Under the pieces are notes generated by a model that was given only the letters and a program-made list of their open reading frames with translations, was not told where the DNA came from and ran no database searches. From positions 640,001 through 704,000 of the forward strand of contig CAWCNS010000007.1 in assembly GCA_963796965.1 (NCBI GenBank): 64,000 nt of DNA, written 5' to 3'. The position numbers were made by a program, and so were the translations under genes. How positions within the stretch are numbered: the stretch's first letter is position 1; every line of letters begins with the position of its first letter. This document shows positions 10,322 through 21,389 of the stretch, piece by piece. This stretch comes from Calditrichia bacterium. Its GTDB lineage: Bacteria; Calditrichota; Calditrichia; JAJRVZ01.

Positions 10322-12121
10322 TCACTTATCACCCGAAATCATCTTAATAAAATCATCCAGATCTTTATATTGCAGCCATAATCTTTGATTTACTGAACTC
10401 AAGACACCAAATTCACCTCTTGTTAGACTTCTATCCCTGAAAGTATTAAACAATTCTTCAATTGGTGCCTCACTAAATTCTTTTTTAAGTTTTTTGATCT
10501 CCTTTTCTATAGACATTTCCCCCTCTGCTTCGAGGATCCACTTCTCCCTCAAATTATATACAGGCTCAATTTTACGACCAATCTCATCCAATAAAAGTGT
10601 AAAGCGTAGATTCGCAATCCACCAGTAGAGGTTATTCTTATACTTTTGACCTGATACTGAACGGTGAGCAGATTCAAACTTTTTCAACAATGCAGCCAAT
10701 CTGGTTTGTAATTTGGGTGAAATTCTACCCCATTGAGGTTTGTAGGGAAAATATACCGGTGAGTTGGGTTCATTCAACCATTGCTCTTTATCCATATTGA
10801 CCAGATCAGCTCTCAATGCATTCGCGGCATTTGTGCCAAAGTTTTCTTCACAATATGTCTGGTAGATAGATTCAACGGAGGCCGAATCCTGTGGATCATT
10901 GGCGAACTTGGCAAAGGTCGAAAGATTTAACTCTGTCTCTTTTGTTCGCCAATGTATAGCCAGAACACCGTCCAGATTTTGTGAATGAGCCAATTTCACC
11001 TGATCTCTCATTAAGGTGACCCTGGGTTGCATATGCCACAATTTAGCATCCCCTTCAAGCCAGGGGATTCCCCAGACTTCCCTGTTTTTCGAGATATTTT
11101 CAAAAATATTAATCTGTGGATCCCAACCCTGATTTGGATTTAAACATGAAAAAATGATTTCCTTTGGCAAAGCCTGGTCCAACCCAGCCAATACGATCGG
11201 TAATTGATTACCTCCCCCCCAGCCACTTATTACAATTTTTACCTGCGGTGCTTTTTTGGAGATATATTTATGCGCTTGTTTTATAAACTCGAGAGCCCAG
11301 ACGCCGGTAAATATGGCATCCTCATTACCAGAATCAATAAAAAAATGTTTTTCGGAGTCATAGAGAGATTCGAATCGCCCTCGTAGCCTGACATTGCCAA
11401 TAAATCCCGTATGTTCATGTAGCCAGAGCCATATATAATCAATCTTAGGATAGGCTTTTATCAGGTCATCAATTGTCAGGCGAAGTATTTCGATGGAAGA
11501 TGGATGGGTAGGATCAGGCAAGAGGGTTCCGGAGATATTATATCCCCGTGGTGTAATCGACGCAAACTCTGGCGGATATACACCAAATTCAAAACCCATG
11601 GCAAACTTTATATTGCGTTCGTGTGCCATTTCCATTACGCGATGCATTAATGACTGGGCCTTTTCATACCTTTCTTGGTTATTCATGGCCCCTAGAGCGC
11701 ATTCGGCACCAAATATTTTTTTTTCTTTAAATAGATTGCCCGTATTAAAGGCATACTCCTCCAGCATCAAAGGACGATAACCCCATCGTGCCGTAATGCC
11801 CGTATCAAAACCCGCTTCAGGCAGGACATTCCTATACCGGATCTTGATCATCGGTTCCACGTAATTGACATATCGTTCTGCACCACCGGTATAACAATGG
11901 AATGCAATGAGATTAAGATCAAGTTCCTGCATGCGGTCTAAATACGCTTCGTAATCCTTTTCATTCCATGCAGTAGGACCAGAAAGAAAATTATGCCAGG
12001 GTAATGTACCTCTTATCTTGAATGCACTATCTTTCGACATAACCAAATTATTGAGTAAAAACAGGAGAATAAAAACAGACAACTTATATCTATAATTCAT
12101 CAATATATCCTCATATCCCAC
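10322..12121 (-). CDS. Secreted hypothetical glycoside-hydrolase-like TIM-barrel protein (likely start about 12100)
   Basis: Signal peptide; FKIRGTLPWHNF, YLDRMQELDLN, WLWLHE and IPWLEGD resemble GH20/GH89-like barrels, family not assignable. Confidence 0.5.
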   Translation of the reverse strand: MGYEDILMNYRYKLSVFILLFLLNNLVMSKDSAFKIRGTLPWHNFLSGPTAWNEKDYEAYLDRMQELDLNLIAFHCYTGGAERYVNYVEPMIKIRYRNVLPEAGFDTGITARWGYRPLMLEEYAFNTGNLFKEKKIFGAECALGAMNNQERYEKAQSLMHRVMEMAHERNIKFAMGFEFGVYPPEFASITPRGYNISGTLLPDPTHPSSIEILRLTIDDLIKAYPKIDYIWLWLHEHTGFIGNVRLRGRFESLYDSEKHFFIDSGNEDAIFTGVWALEFIKQAHKYISKKAPQVKIVISGWGGGNQLPIVLAGLDQALPKEIIFSCLNPNQGWDPQINIFENISKNREVWGIPWLEGDAKLWHMQPRVTLMRDQVKLAHSQNLDGVLAIHWRTKETELNLSTFAKFANDPQDSASVESIYQTYCEENFGTNAANALRADLVNMDKEQWLNEPNSPVYFPYKPQWGRISPKLQTRLAALLKKFESAHRSVSGQKYKNNLYWWIANLRFTLLLDEIGRKIEPVYNLREKWILEAEGEMSIEKEIKKLKKEFSEAPIEELFNTFRDRSLTRGEFGVLSSVNQRLWLQYKDLDDFIKMISGDK

Positions 12122-12134
12122 CTACAGTAATTTC

Positions 12135-12293
12135 TCACGCAAAGGCGCTAAGTCGCAGAGAAATATATAGTTACAAATCTTTCAGATGATTGAAATAATG
12201 TTAAATCAAGACTAATAGTATTTACATAAATCATTTAATAATAAGCCTTTGCGTCTCTGCCTGCCCGCCTCAGGCGTGGCGTCTTTGCGAGAA
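12135..12293. repeat. Inverted pair of CGCAAAG-periodic arms around an AT-rich spacer; right arm carries a GCCTG hairpin insert
   Basis: CTCACGCAAAGGCGCTAAGTCGCAGAGA ... CTTTGCGTCTCTGC[CTGCCCGCCTCAGGCGTGGC]GTCTTTGCGAGA. Confidence 0.85.
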
Positions 12294-12316
12294 ATGAACT
12301 ATCCCAGATAGTTTAT

Positions 12317-14164
12317 TTAATCTGACATCAGATTTATTAATTCATCCAAATAGACTTTATAAATTTCCCTGGGAGTAACATCAAACCTACAACATAATGA
12401 AGCAGCCATACCTACGACTTCCCCCATCATACCGGTCGTTCGCATGACCCTTGTTGCCCCGAAAGCCACATGGGTCGTACTGATATTTCTGCCAGCCATA
12501 AACAAATTCTGGATATTTCTGGAATAAAAACAACGATATGGTATGGGGTATGGTTTGATTTTTATATGCTTTGTTGCGCTGTAGAAGGCCTCTCCGGGAT
12601 AATATTTATCGTTTTTGTGATCCGGGAAATGTAAATCGATCGTCCAGGTGGCTGTGACACAGGCATCGGGATAGAGTGTATGGTTTACAATATCCTGCTC
12701 AGACAAAATGTGATCCCCAAGTAAACGCCTCGATTCCCTTTTACCAGATATAAAAGCAATCCAATCCAATTCCCAGTTTGCGTATTTTTCCTTTTTCTTA
12801 TTTTTCAGATAACTCCAGTTACCATATATGGCTCTCAGATTGTGGTCACGAATGAGCTTCCGCATCCTCAATGGTATTAAAATGCCCAAATCCCGTTTCC
12901 CACCGCCAATCGGCTTTATTCTGATCAAGATAATATTCTTCGGAAAATTGCAATGCCCATGGACATTCCGGGAATTCTGATTCCTCATTTTTTTCTGATG
13001 CATACCATAAATTTGAAGAACCGAGCGTAAAGTCATCCCTTTTTGAAGGGGCAAGTGATTCTCCGGTTTCGTCTTTTCCTTCCCTCCCCATTCTAAAATC
13101 AGCGCCGGCCAGAAATCCAATTGTACCATCGCCAGTACAATCGGCGAAATATTTTCCCCGGAAACGCAATTCTGTATTATCTTCTATGTGGCGGGCAACA
13201 ACCGATTTGATTCTATCACCTTCAACCTCAACCTTGTATGCATGCATATTTAAAAAGAGAGAAATGTTTTTTTCAGCCCTAACAATGGACAACTTCCTAT
13301 TGTCACCATAGGCACCAGGCAGCCGTGATGCGTTGCCAGGATCTCCATTATCGAGTTCTTTAACAATTCTTCCAAGTTTTGGATACGGTTTATTATAAAC
13401 TCCACCCATCAAATGCACCCTGACCTCTGAGACTGTTATTACCACCCAATTTGGGCCGGTTCTGGATAAGTGCGACCTTTATACCTGATCTTGAAGCTGA
13501 CAAAGCTGCACAAATTCCGGCCATGCCTCCACCGATAACAACCAAATCATATTTTCCAGCATCCGGCGCACTATCCGGTAAATTTAAACATTTCCGCCTC
13601 AATTTATTGAGCTGGGTTAACTCATCAGGAGGTTGGTAACTATCAGAATCTGTAAAAAGCAGGGCATCGACCCGGCCATCAAATCCAGTCAAATCTTTAA
13701 GCCTTACTTTATTTTCTCCTGCATGCATTTCAATCCTGCCGCCATTTATCCATTGCCAGGCAGATGAACCATTTGCGCCAAAATGTGATTCTGTTATCGA
13801 TACCATTCATTGAAATCTTAAATTTTCCCGGACCATTGGGATAAGGTGCCCAATCTTTGGTTCTCACCCAAAGATGATAGGTACCTGCCTTTGGAAATGA
13901 AACAGTCGTTGAAGCATCACGGACTGGTTTGCCCAGGCCGTGGGCTAATAGATAGGGAGAACCCACCGATTCAATAAACTGTTGATCAACGACCCACCCT
14001 CCCTTGTCTGCAAAACCCTCTGCTTCCACCAGGATGATTTGGTCACTGGCACATAAACAGGTAGTTAAAATCAACATGAATATTGATATAGCTTTCACAA
14101 CACCCTCATATGTTTGGGAATTTTTCAGACATTTATAAGTGGTCGGCTTGCTACCAAATCCCAT
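12317..14164 (-). CDS. FAD-dependent oxidoreductase (FAD_oxidored-like) with N-terminal beta-sandwich, split into four ORFs
   Basis: YDLVVIGGGMAG, LIQNRPKLGGN, FADCTGDG, KRESRRLLGD, IPYRCFYSRNIQNLFMAGRNIS, TRVM across overlapping ORFs. Confidence 0.85.
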
Positions 14165-14324
14165 GTACTGGTTTTCAAATTAGAGAATAAAACAGTTCAG
14201 AACAGAACAAAAACAATTTAGAAAATTATTCGGTATTATGTGAACATTTTATTTCTTCTATATAAATAAAATCTGTGATTTTTTACAACGAATGTTCTTC
14301 CCCTCAACTTTAGGTAGAGGGGAT

Positions 14325-14865
14325 GTAGAGACGTCCCGGTGGGACGTCTCTCTTTTTAATGTATATATAAACCATTCACTAACCGATTTGAGTTCACCGA
14401 CGATCTCAAATATTTCGATCCCATTCATAATCTGGCGTATAATTCCTTATTATTGGTTTGTTAATTAGACTTCGCATAACACAATCGATCAGGAAACGTA
14501 CCGTTGTGACGTCTCTCTTTTTAATGTATATAAACCATTCAATAAACGATTTGAGTTCACCGACAATCCGAAATATTTCGATCCCAGTCATAATCTGGCG
14601 TATAATTTTTTATTATTGTTTTGTTTATTAAGACTTTGCTGAACACAATCGATCAGGAAACGTACCGTTGTGACGTCTCTCTTTTTAATGTATATGAACC
14701 ATTCAATAAACGATTTGAGTTCACCGACAATCCGAAATATTTCGATCCCAGTCATAATCTGGCGTATAATTTTTATTATTGTTTAGCTTATTTAGACTTC
14801 GTATAACACATTTGATCAGGAGACGTCCCCCGAGAACCGGGTTTTCAACCAACGGGACGTCTCTA
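14325..14865. repeat. GTAG-type REP doublet enclosing three tandem 164-165 bp units
   Basis: GTAGAGACGTCCCGGTGGGACGTCTC at 14325; inverted copy ending CTAC at 14865; GACGTCTCTCTTTTTAATG at 14343, 14508 and 14672. Confidence 0.92.
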
Positions 14866-14969
14866 CAATGCACTACACTATTTAAATTTTTTATAGAATT
14901 TCGATCAAAAATAATATGATTTTTCATCGCTGAATCGTAACTTTCATCGTATTTAAATACAGAGGAAAA

Positions 14970-16100
14970 TTGGATATGTTTAAAGTAGGGTTCGTATCAT
15001 TTATCCTTATGGCACTTATTTTTTCTTGTCAAACGGATACGATTGAACATATAACAGTCTTCCGCGAACCGGGTCGTTTTGGAGGTTGGCCGGCAAATTT
15101 TGGGATCTGGTCCTGGGAAAATGAAATTCTTGTTGGTTTCAGCCGTGGCTACCACAAGGATCTGGGTACCGAGCGTCATAATATCGACCGGGAAAAGCCT
15201 GAGGAACATCTTCTTGCCCGCAGTCTTGATGGTGGAGAAACCTGGACCATTGAAGACCCATCAGAAGAAGGGATTCTTATTGCCAGGGGTTCTGCCCTGC
15301 ATGGAATTGAGCCCAATTACCCTGCAAAAAAAGAGCCCATAAATCTAACTGAAAAGATCATATTCGATCATCCTGATTTTGCACTGACCATGCGGATGCT
15401 TGACATCAATCATGGCCCTTCCCTATTCCATATCTCTTATGATCGGGGCAAACACTGGCGTGGACCTTATAATTTACAAGTAGGAGATATCACAAAGATT
15501 GCTGCCAGAACGGATTATATTGTAAACGGACCTGATGATTGTTCCATATTTTTGACAGCAGCGAAAGAAAACGACCATGAAGGACGCCCCTTTTATGGCC
15601 GAACGACTGATGGCGGATTAACCTGGCAATTTATCTCCTGGATCGGACCTGAGCCCAGTGGATTTTCGATTATGCCGGCTACGGTTCGTCTATCAGACAA
15701 AGAATTGATTACCGCTCTACGATGCCGAGAGGCAGAGAAAAGATGGATAGAAACGTATTATTCTTCCGATAATGGATTAACCTGGACATTTTTAAATAAA
15801 CCGGTTGATGCTTTGGGTGAGGGTAATCCCCCGGCGCTTATTAAACTTCGTGATGGACGTCTCTGCCTTACCTATGGTTATCGTGCAGAGCCGTATAGCA
15901 TTCAGGCAAAACTCAGCAAGGATAATGGTAAAACATGGGGTGAACCGATTACATTGCGTGACGATGGCTCCGGCCGTGATATCGGGTATACGCGTTCTGT
16001 CCAGCGAACGGATGGCAAGGTTGTAACATTGTATTATTTTCAGGATCATCAGGCCCCTGAGCGTTATATCGCGGCCACTATCTGGGATCCTGGTAAATGA
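14970..16100 (+). CDS. BNR/Asp-box sialidase-like lipoprotein
   Basis: Lipobox IFSC; Asp-boxes SLDGGETW, SYDRGKHW, TTDGGLTW, SSDNGLTW, SKDNGKTW. Confidence 0.85.
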   Translation: MDMFKVGFVSFILMALIFSCQTDTIEHITVFREPGRFGGWPANFGIWSWENEILVGFSRGYHKDLGTERHNIDREKPEEHLLARSLDGGETWTIEDPSEEGILIARGSALHGIEPNYPAKKEPINLTEKIIFDHPDFALTMRMLDINHGPSLFHISYDRGKHWRGPYNLQVGDITKIAARTDYIVNGPDDCSIFLTAAKENDHEGRPFYGRTTDGGLTWQFISWIGPEPSGFSIMPATVRLSDKELITALRCREAEKRWIETYYSSDNGLTWTFLNKPVDALGEGNPPALIKLRDGRLCLTYGYRAEPYSIQAKLSKDNGKTWGEPITLRDDGSGRDIGYTRSVQRTDGKVVTLYYFQDHQAPERYIAATIWDPGK

Positions 16101-16111
16101 GGAATTGTTTT

Positions 16112-16187
16112 TTCTCGCAGAGACGCAAAGACGCAGAGAAAAGATTTATTATATTTTTTCCTTTGCGGCTCTGCGGCTCTGCGAGAG
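16112..16187. repeat. Inverted pair of CGCAGAG-periodic arms
   Basis: TCTCGCAGAGACGCAAAGACGCAGAGAA / CTTTGCGGCTCTGCGGCTCTGCGAGA. Confidence 0.85.
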
Positions 16188-16224
16188 GATACAACAGCAT
16201 TAAACACAGAAAAGGATTTAATCA

Positions 16225-17883
16225 ATGATCGTCTTTTTAAGAGTTGTACTTTCGTTAATCTTAATTTTACCAATAATTTTGCATGCCCAGTTGCCTGCTT
16301 TCCCAGGGGCACAGGGATTTGGCGCTTATGCTATAGGTGGGAGAGGTGGGGATGTTTACCATGTAACCAATCTTGATGATGACGGACCCGGATCCTTACG
16401 CTATGGTATCGAAACGACTAATGGCCCGCGGACCATTGTATTCGACATATCAGGCAATATAGAATTATTATCTGATCTAAGAATTAAGCACCCCTATATC
16501 ACCTTGGCTGGACAAACAGCACCGGATCCTGGCGTGCTAATACAAAACTATGGGCTAATTGTCAGTGACGATCATATAATTATTCGTCATATGAGATTTC
16601 GGCCCGGTGATAAGTATATCGGACCACATGATGAAGGGGGATTTACTGAAGATGCCCTCACCCTGGGTGGTAATCATATCATTGCCGACCACGTGTCTGC
16701 TTCCTGGTCGGTTGATGAAGATCTGAGTTGTGGCACAGCATGGGATAGCGTCACAATTCAATACTGCCTGATTGCCGAGGCCCTGCATAAAACGGAATAT
16801 TTTCACGGTGAATATGTACCGGATCACAGTGGCCATAGCATGGGCAGTTTGATAAAAGTACGCGGATCAGATGCAAAGGCATCCCTTCACCATAATTTAT
16901 GGGCCCATAATAACAATCGAAATCCTGCCGTTGGCTCCTACGATACGACAGAATATGTAAGGGTCGATGTACGCAGTAATGTGATGTATAATTGTGGCAC
17001 TTTTGGTTACAGCAGTGGCGGTAGTAAGCAAGTGGATATGAACTACATCGGCAATTATATCATTGCAGGAAAAAGCACCTCCTCGAGCAACCGTACCCGG
17101 GCATTTAAAGCTTATGATCCCAATAACATGCAGATATACCAGGCGCAAAATAAAATTGATTCCAATCTTGATGCCGTTAGGGACGGGAGCGATACGGGTT
17201 GGAATATGTTTGTCGGAGACTACACCCAAAGTGGTCAGGAATTCCATATGTCTGAGGTAGAAACCCATTCAGCTGATGAGAGTTATGGCATTGTTCTCTC
17301 CAGATCAGGAGCCTATCCCTGGAGCAGGGATTCAGTGGACATTCGAATACTTGCTGATGTACAAAATAATACCGGTAGTATTATTGATTCCCAGGAAGAA
17401 GTAGGAAGTTATCAAATACTTGAAAAACATACTCGTGCAGCCGATTGGGATACAGATCACGATGGTATGCCTGATTGGTGGGAAGATGAGCAAGGTTTAG
17501 ATAAAACCAATCCCTCCGACCGGAATGATGATAAAAACCTGGATGGCTACACGAATCTTGAGACCTATCTCAATCATTTTGATTTATTGACAAATATGGA
17601 AACCGGCCAGATTCCCAGATCATATCAGCTAAAACTTGACAGTTATCCAAATCCCTTTAACAATAACACCAGTATTACCTATACCCTGCCAAAGAATTCG
17701 CATGTACGGCTTTCCATTTATAGTATAGCCGGTCAAAAGATATATGAGCTTGTCGACGAGAATAAATTAGCGGGAAAATACGATATTTCTTTTTCGGGAG
17801 ATGATCTGGCCAGTGGAATGTATTTTTTAAGTCTGGCGGCCAATGATCAGCTTATTACAAAAAAGATATCATTGATAAAATAG
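16225..17883 (+). CDS. Pectate lyase (PL1-like) with C-terminal T9SS-A/FlgD-like sorting domain
   Basis: AFPGAQGFG..GGRGGDVYHVTNLDDDGPGSLR, AGQTAP, DHVSASWSVDE, RNP, DTDHDGMPDWWE, SYPNPFN...LASGMYF. Confidence 0.9.
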   Translation: MIVFLRVVLSLILILPIILHAQLPAFPGAQGFGAYAIGGRGGDVYHVTNLDDDGPGSLRYGIETTNGPRTIVFDISGNIELLSDLRIKHPYITLAGQTAPDPGVLIQNYGLIVSDDHIIIRHMRFRPGDKYIGPHDEGGFTEDALTLGGNHIIADHVSASWSVDEDLSCGTAWDSVTIQYCLIAEALHKTEYFHGEYVPDHSGHSMGSLIKVRGSDAKASLHHNLWAHNNNRNPAVGSYDTTEYVRVDVRSNVMYNCGTFGYSSGGSKQVDMNYIGNYIIAGKSTSSSNRTRAFKAYDPNNMQIYQAQNKIDSNLDAVRDGSDTGWNMFVGDYTQSGQEFHMSEVETHSADESYGIVLSRSGAYPWSRDSVDIRILADVQNNTGSIIDSQEEVGSYQILEKHTRAADWDTDHDGMPDWWEDEQGLDKTNPSDRNDDKNLDGYTNLETYLNHFDLLTNMETGQIPRSYQLKLDSYPNPFNNNTSITYTLPKNSHVRLSIYSIAGQKIYELVDENKLAGKYDISFSGDDLASGMYFLSLAANDQLITKKISLIK

Positions 17884-17910
17884 TATCAAATGATACCAAC
17901 ACAATAAAGA

Positions 17911-18077
17911 TTTGACAGGATTATCCCCAAGGGATCCCTTTGGGGACAGGATCAACAGGATATACTAAAAATTATTAAAAAGATTTTAATAATGATTTTA
18001 AGAAGTTATAATTATTGGAGTTATCGATAGGATTAATCCTGTAAATCCTGCCTGTCCCTTCGGGGTCATCATGTCTA
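17911..18077. repeat. Inverted pair of ACAGGAT-periodic arms, each interrupted by a hairpin insert
   Basis: GACAGGATTA[TCCCCAAGGGATCCCTTTGGGG]ACAGGATCAACAGGAT ... AATCCTGTAAATCCTG[CCTGTCCCTTCGGGG]TCATCATGTC. Confidence 0.85.
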
Positions 18078-18184
18078 AAATAAAAATGTTTTGGGATCAT
18101 ATGATACTAACTATAGATAAACAAGAAGTAATTGGGTATTTGGAATTAGGAAACTTGAGAGATGAAGTATATTATTCAAAGGAC

Positions 18185-18235
18185 CCAAAATCCACAATCC
18201 AAAATTGATTATTGAATATTGAATATTGAATATTT
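18185..18235. repeat. 7-bp periodic low-complexity repeat (ATTGAAT)n
   Basis: ATTGATTATTGAATATTGAATATTGAATATT; a near copy lies at 20877-20908. Confidence 0.75.
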
Positions 18236-18250
18236 TCTAAAGGTAAAATA

Positions 18251-19540
18251 ATGTCAGGATTAGATACTTCCCTGTCCAAGTTAAAAAGTGAGGTTCTACA
18301 CTATACCAGGGAAATTCCTGTTAGATATGACGCTGACATCGCCGTGATGGGTGGAGGGATTGCCGGTGTATCTGCTGCCTGTGCAGCGGCTAAAAGTGGT
18401 GCAAGCGTTATTCTTGTGGAACGGTTTGCTGTTACCGGAGGGATGTTAACCACGGGTGGTGTTGCCAATTTCTGTGGACAAATGCATGGTCAGGGTGAAG
18501 TTTTTGATGCCATTCTTTCTGATCTACGAGCCTTTCAAGCCCTGGGTGCACCTGAAAGAGATTCTGTTTTTCACTATGAAATTCTTGCTGTCGTTCTTCA
18601 GGAAATGATTCTAAAACGAAAAATTAAACTGTTGTTACATACACGGTTGGTTGATGCCAGGATAGAAAAAGGCACTATATCGGAATGTATTATTTCTGGC
18701 AAATCCGGACTTGAGGCGATACGAGCCAAACAGTTTATTGATTGTACGGGGGATGGGGATCTTGCACGCATGCTTGGTTTTAGCGTTATGAAGGGAAGAC
18801 CTGATGATCATATGCAATTACCCATGTCGTTGATGTATTTTATTCGTCATATTGATCCAAAAAATTCGAAGATCCAATTACCGGACGGATGGTTTCAACC
18901 AATAAAAACAAATGAGGATCTGCCGATGACCACCCTCTGGCCAGATGGTCCTGGCTCAAATGCCGTTAAAATAAAAGTCCCTATGTTTGATTCAACCAAC
19001 ACCGAAAGTTTGACGGCAGCAGAGATCCAGGCCCGCAGACGTATGATGGAAGTTCTTGACTATTACCAAAGGGTGGAAAATAAAAACTGGCTATTGGATC
19101 ATTGCTCACCGATCATTGGGATTCGTGAGGGTTGTCGTATTGTTGGTGATTATGTGTTGACAGTTGAAGATCTCAGGGCCGGACGTTCGTTTGATGATGG
19201 GGTTGCCCGGGGTACCTTTTATCTGGATGGGCATAAACCCGATGATGATAAACGCACCTATATCCTGCCAAAAGATCAGCTGGAAGTGCCTCCTTATCAG
19301 ATTCCTCTTCGCTCTCTGATCGCCAGGGATGGGAAGAATTTGATGATGGCAGGCCGTTGTTTTTCAGCAGACCAACTGGCACTGTCGTCTGCCAGGGTGA
19401 GTACCACAGGATCAATGATGGGCCAGGCTGCTGGTATTACGGCAGCTCTTTCTATTCAGAAAAAATGTGATATAAGGGATGTCCTTCCTCACGATGTACA
19501 GGATATATTAAGAAAAAGAGGTGCGGTTCTGGAGGTTTGA
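18251..19540 (+). CDS. FAD-dependent oxidoreductase (FAD_oxidored-like)
   Basis: DIAVMGGGIAG, FIDCTGDGD, IGIREGCRIVGDY, YQIPLRSL, AGRCFSAD, SSARV, GQAAG. Confidence 0.9.
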   Translation: MSGLDTSLSKLKSEVLHYTREIPVRYDADIAVMGGGIAGVSAACAAAKSGASVILVERFAVTGGMLTTGGVANFCGQMHGQGEVFDAILSDLRAFQALGAPERDSVFHYEILAVVLQEMILKRKIKLLLHTRLVDARIEKGTISECIISGKSGLEAIRAKQFIDCTGDGDLARMLGFSVMKGRPDDHMQLPMSLMYFIRHIDPKNSKIQLPDGWFQPIKTNEDLPMTTLWPDGPGSNAVKIKVPMFDSTNTESLTAAEIQARRRMMEVLDYYQRVENKNWLLDHCSPIIGIREGCRIVGDYVLTVEDLRAGRSFDDGVARGTFYLDGHKPDDDKRTYILPKDQLEVPPYQIPLRSLIARDGKNLMMAGRCFSADQLALSSARVSTTGSMMGQAAGITAALSIQKKCDIRDVLPHDVQDILRKRGAVLEV

Positions 19541-19677
19541 GATCTAAATAGATAAAAATTTTGCATGAAAAAATGAAAAAAGGCGTAATAATACGAAACT
19601 ACAGAGAGCACATCGAACCACTCTGTGTAATCTGTGGTTATTTTTGACTCTACTATTGAATTTCCAAGGAGGATTTT

Positions 19678-20817
19678 ATGATCAAGCTGGTTTTCTTTAT
19701 TTTTTACCTGTTTTCATCCCTATTATATTCGGGTAATGCCATAGATCAAAAACCAATCTGGATAAGTGGTGAGAATGGTTATAGTATTTATAGAATACCC
19801 GCCTTAATTGTATCTACTAAGGGAACTGTCATCGCTTTTTGTGAAGGACGTAGAGACGGTAAGGGAGATAATGGCAATATTGATATGCTCGTTAAGAGAT
19901 CTACCGATAACGGAAGGACCTGGAGTGAACAGCAAATAATTTGGGATGATGGGTCGAACACCTGTGGAAATCCTTGTCCTGTTTTGGACCGAGAAACAGG
20001 AACCATCTGGCTCTTGATGACATGGAATCGTGGGGACGATAGTGAACCAGAAATTATTGGAAAGAAAAGCAAAGATACCCGCCGCGTCTTTGTTACTTCA
20101 TCTGGTGATGATGGTAAGAATTGGACAGAGCCTAAAGAAATTACGTCGACCACAAAACTTGATTCCTGGACCTGGTATGCAACCGGCCCAGGAGCCGGTA
20201 TCCAGATCGAGAGAGGAAATTATGCAGGGCGCCTCGTTATACCCTGCGATCATATTGAAGCAGATACCAAAGATTATTACTCGCATACCATTTTCAGTGA
20301 TGATGGTGGAAAATCATGGACATTAGGGGGTTCTACACCCAGCCCTAAGGTAAATGAATGCCAGGTTGTTGAGTTGTCTGAAGAACGACTCATGCTCAAT
20401 ATGCGCAATTATGACCGCTCAATTAAACAGAGGCAGATTGCCATAAGCGACGATGGCGGAGAGTCATGGCAAGAACAAACATTTGCGCATGAACTTATAG
20501 AACCCAGGTGCCAGGCTAGCTTAAGACGTTTTTCCTGGCCACTCGAAAAACAGAAGAGCATCATCTTATTCTCTAACCCAGCAGATGAAGATGAAAGAAT
20601 TAACATGAAAGTCCGGGCAAGTTATGACGAAGGTGCTTCCTGGCCAGTTAGTAAAATATTAGCGGAGGGACCCAGTGCTTATTCAGATTTGGCAATAATG
20701 GCTGACAGATCCATCGGCTGTCTATATGAAACAGGCGAAAAAAATCCATATGAAACCATCACCTTCGCCCGTTTTGGTTTCGATTGGCTGGAACAAGAAC
20801 CTTTGAAACAAGATTAG
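19678..20817 (+). CDS. Sialidase, GH33
   Basis: YRIPAL (RIP motif), EGR, Asp-boxes STDNGRTW/SDDGGKSW/SYDEGASW, NECQ, NMR, SAYSDL, YE. Confidence 0.92.
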   Translation: MIKLVFFIFYLFSSLLYSGNAIDQKPIWISGENGYSIYRIPALIVSTKGTVIAFCEGRRDGKGDNGNIDMLVKRSTDNGRTWSEQQIIWDDGSNTCGNPCPVLDRETGTIWLLMTWNRGDDSEPEIIGKKSKDTRRVFVTSSGDDGKNWTEPKEITSTTKLDSWTWYATGPGAGIQIERGNYAGRLVIPCDHIEADTKDYYSHTIFSDDGGKSWTLGGSTPSPKVNECQVVELSEERLMLNMRNYDRSIKQRQIAISDDGGESWQEQTFAHELIEPRCQASLRRFSWPLEKQKSIILFSNPADEDERINMKVRASYDEGASWPVSKILAEGPSAYSDLAIMADRSIGCLYETGEKNPYETITFARFGFDWLEQEPLKQD

Positions 20818-20917
20818 AACATTTGATCCATTATTAATAATTGAATTGAGGTAAATTTTTACAGAATAATTTGTTCATTGATTATTGACTGTTGAATATT
20901 GAATATTGGAGAAAATT

Positions 20918-21217
20918 ATGGGAACAAAAAAAACAGCATTAATTCTGATTTCCTTACTTCTGCTCATTGTATTATCGGGCTGCGCGCCAGGGAGTGGTGC
21001 AAGTACCGAAAATGATCCGGCCGGATTTTTCTTTGGTATCTGGCATGGCTGGATTGCCCCGATTACCCTGATCTGGAGCCTGTTCAATCCAGAGATACGG
21101 ATCTATGAGCCGCTAAATACCGGATGGTGGTACGATTTTGGGTTTTATATGGCAGTTATTGGTGGCTTTGGTGGCCTTTCTCTGATTCGCAAAACAACAA
21201 AAGAAAAGAAACTGTGA
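20918..21217 (+). CDS. Small conserved membrane lipoprotein
   Basis: Lipobox LSGC; GFFFGIWHGWIAP...IYE..NTGWWYDFGF. Confidence 0.75.
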   Translation: MGTKKTALILISLLLLIVLSGCAPGSGASTENDPAGFFFGIWHGWIAPITLIWSLFNPEIRIYEPLNTGWWYDFGFYMAVIGGFGGLSLIRKTTKEKKL

Positions 21218-21234
21218 GCTTTTTCAAAATGGTA

Positions 21235-21361
21235 TCCACGAATTTCTCGAATTAAAAAATTAATTACACGAATTTTATCAAGAAATTTATAGGTTTGAAA
21301 ACCTTGTTGGACATCCTTATAAGAATTCGTGAAATTAGTATAAATTTGTGTAATTCGTGGA
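21235..21361. repeat. Inverted pair of ACGAATT-periodic arms
   Basis: TCCACGAATTTCTCGAATT...ACACGAATT / AATTCGTGAAATTAGT...TTTGTGTAATTCGTGGA. Same family at 7180-7210, 22705-22835, 30437-30524 and 31816-31988. Confidence 0.85.
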
Positions 21362-21389
21362 GCAATTCACTTTTAAAATAGAGGATATC

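Noticed and set aside
14325..14865. CRISPR array
   Set aside because: Intervening segments are about 140 bp and homologous to each other rather than unique spacers; the ends are GTAG-REPs; no cas genes.
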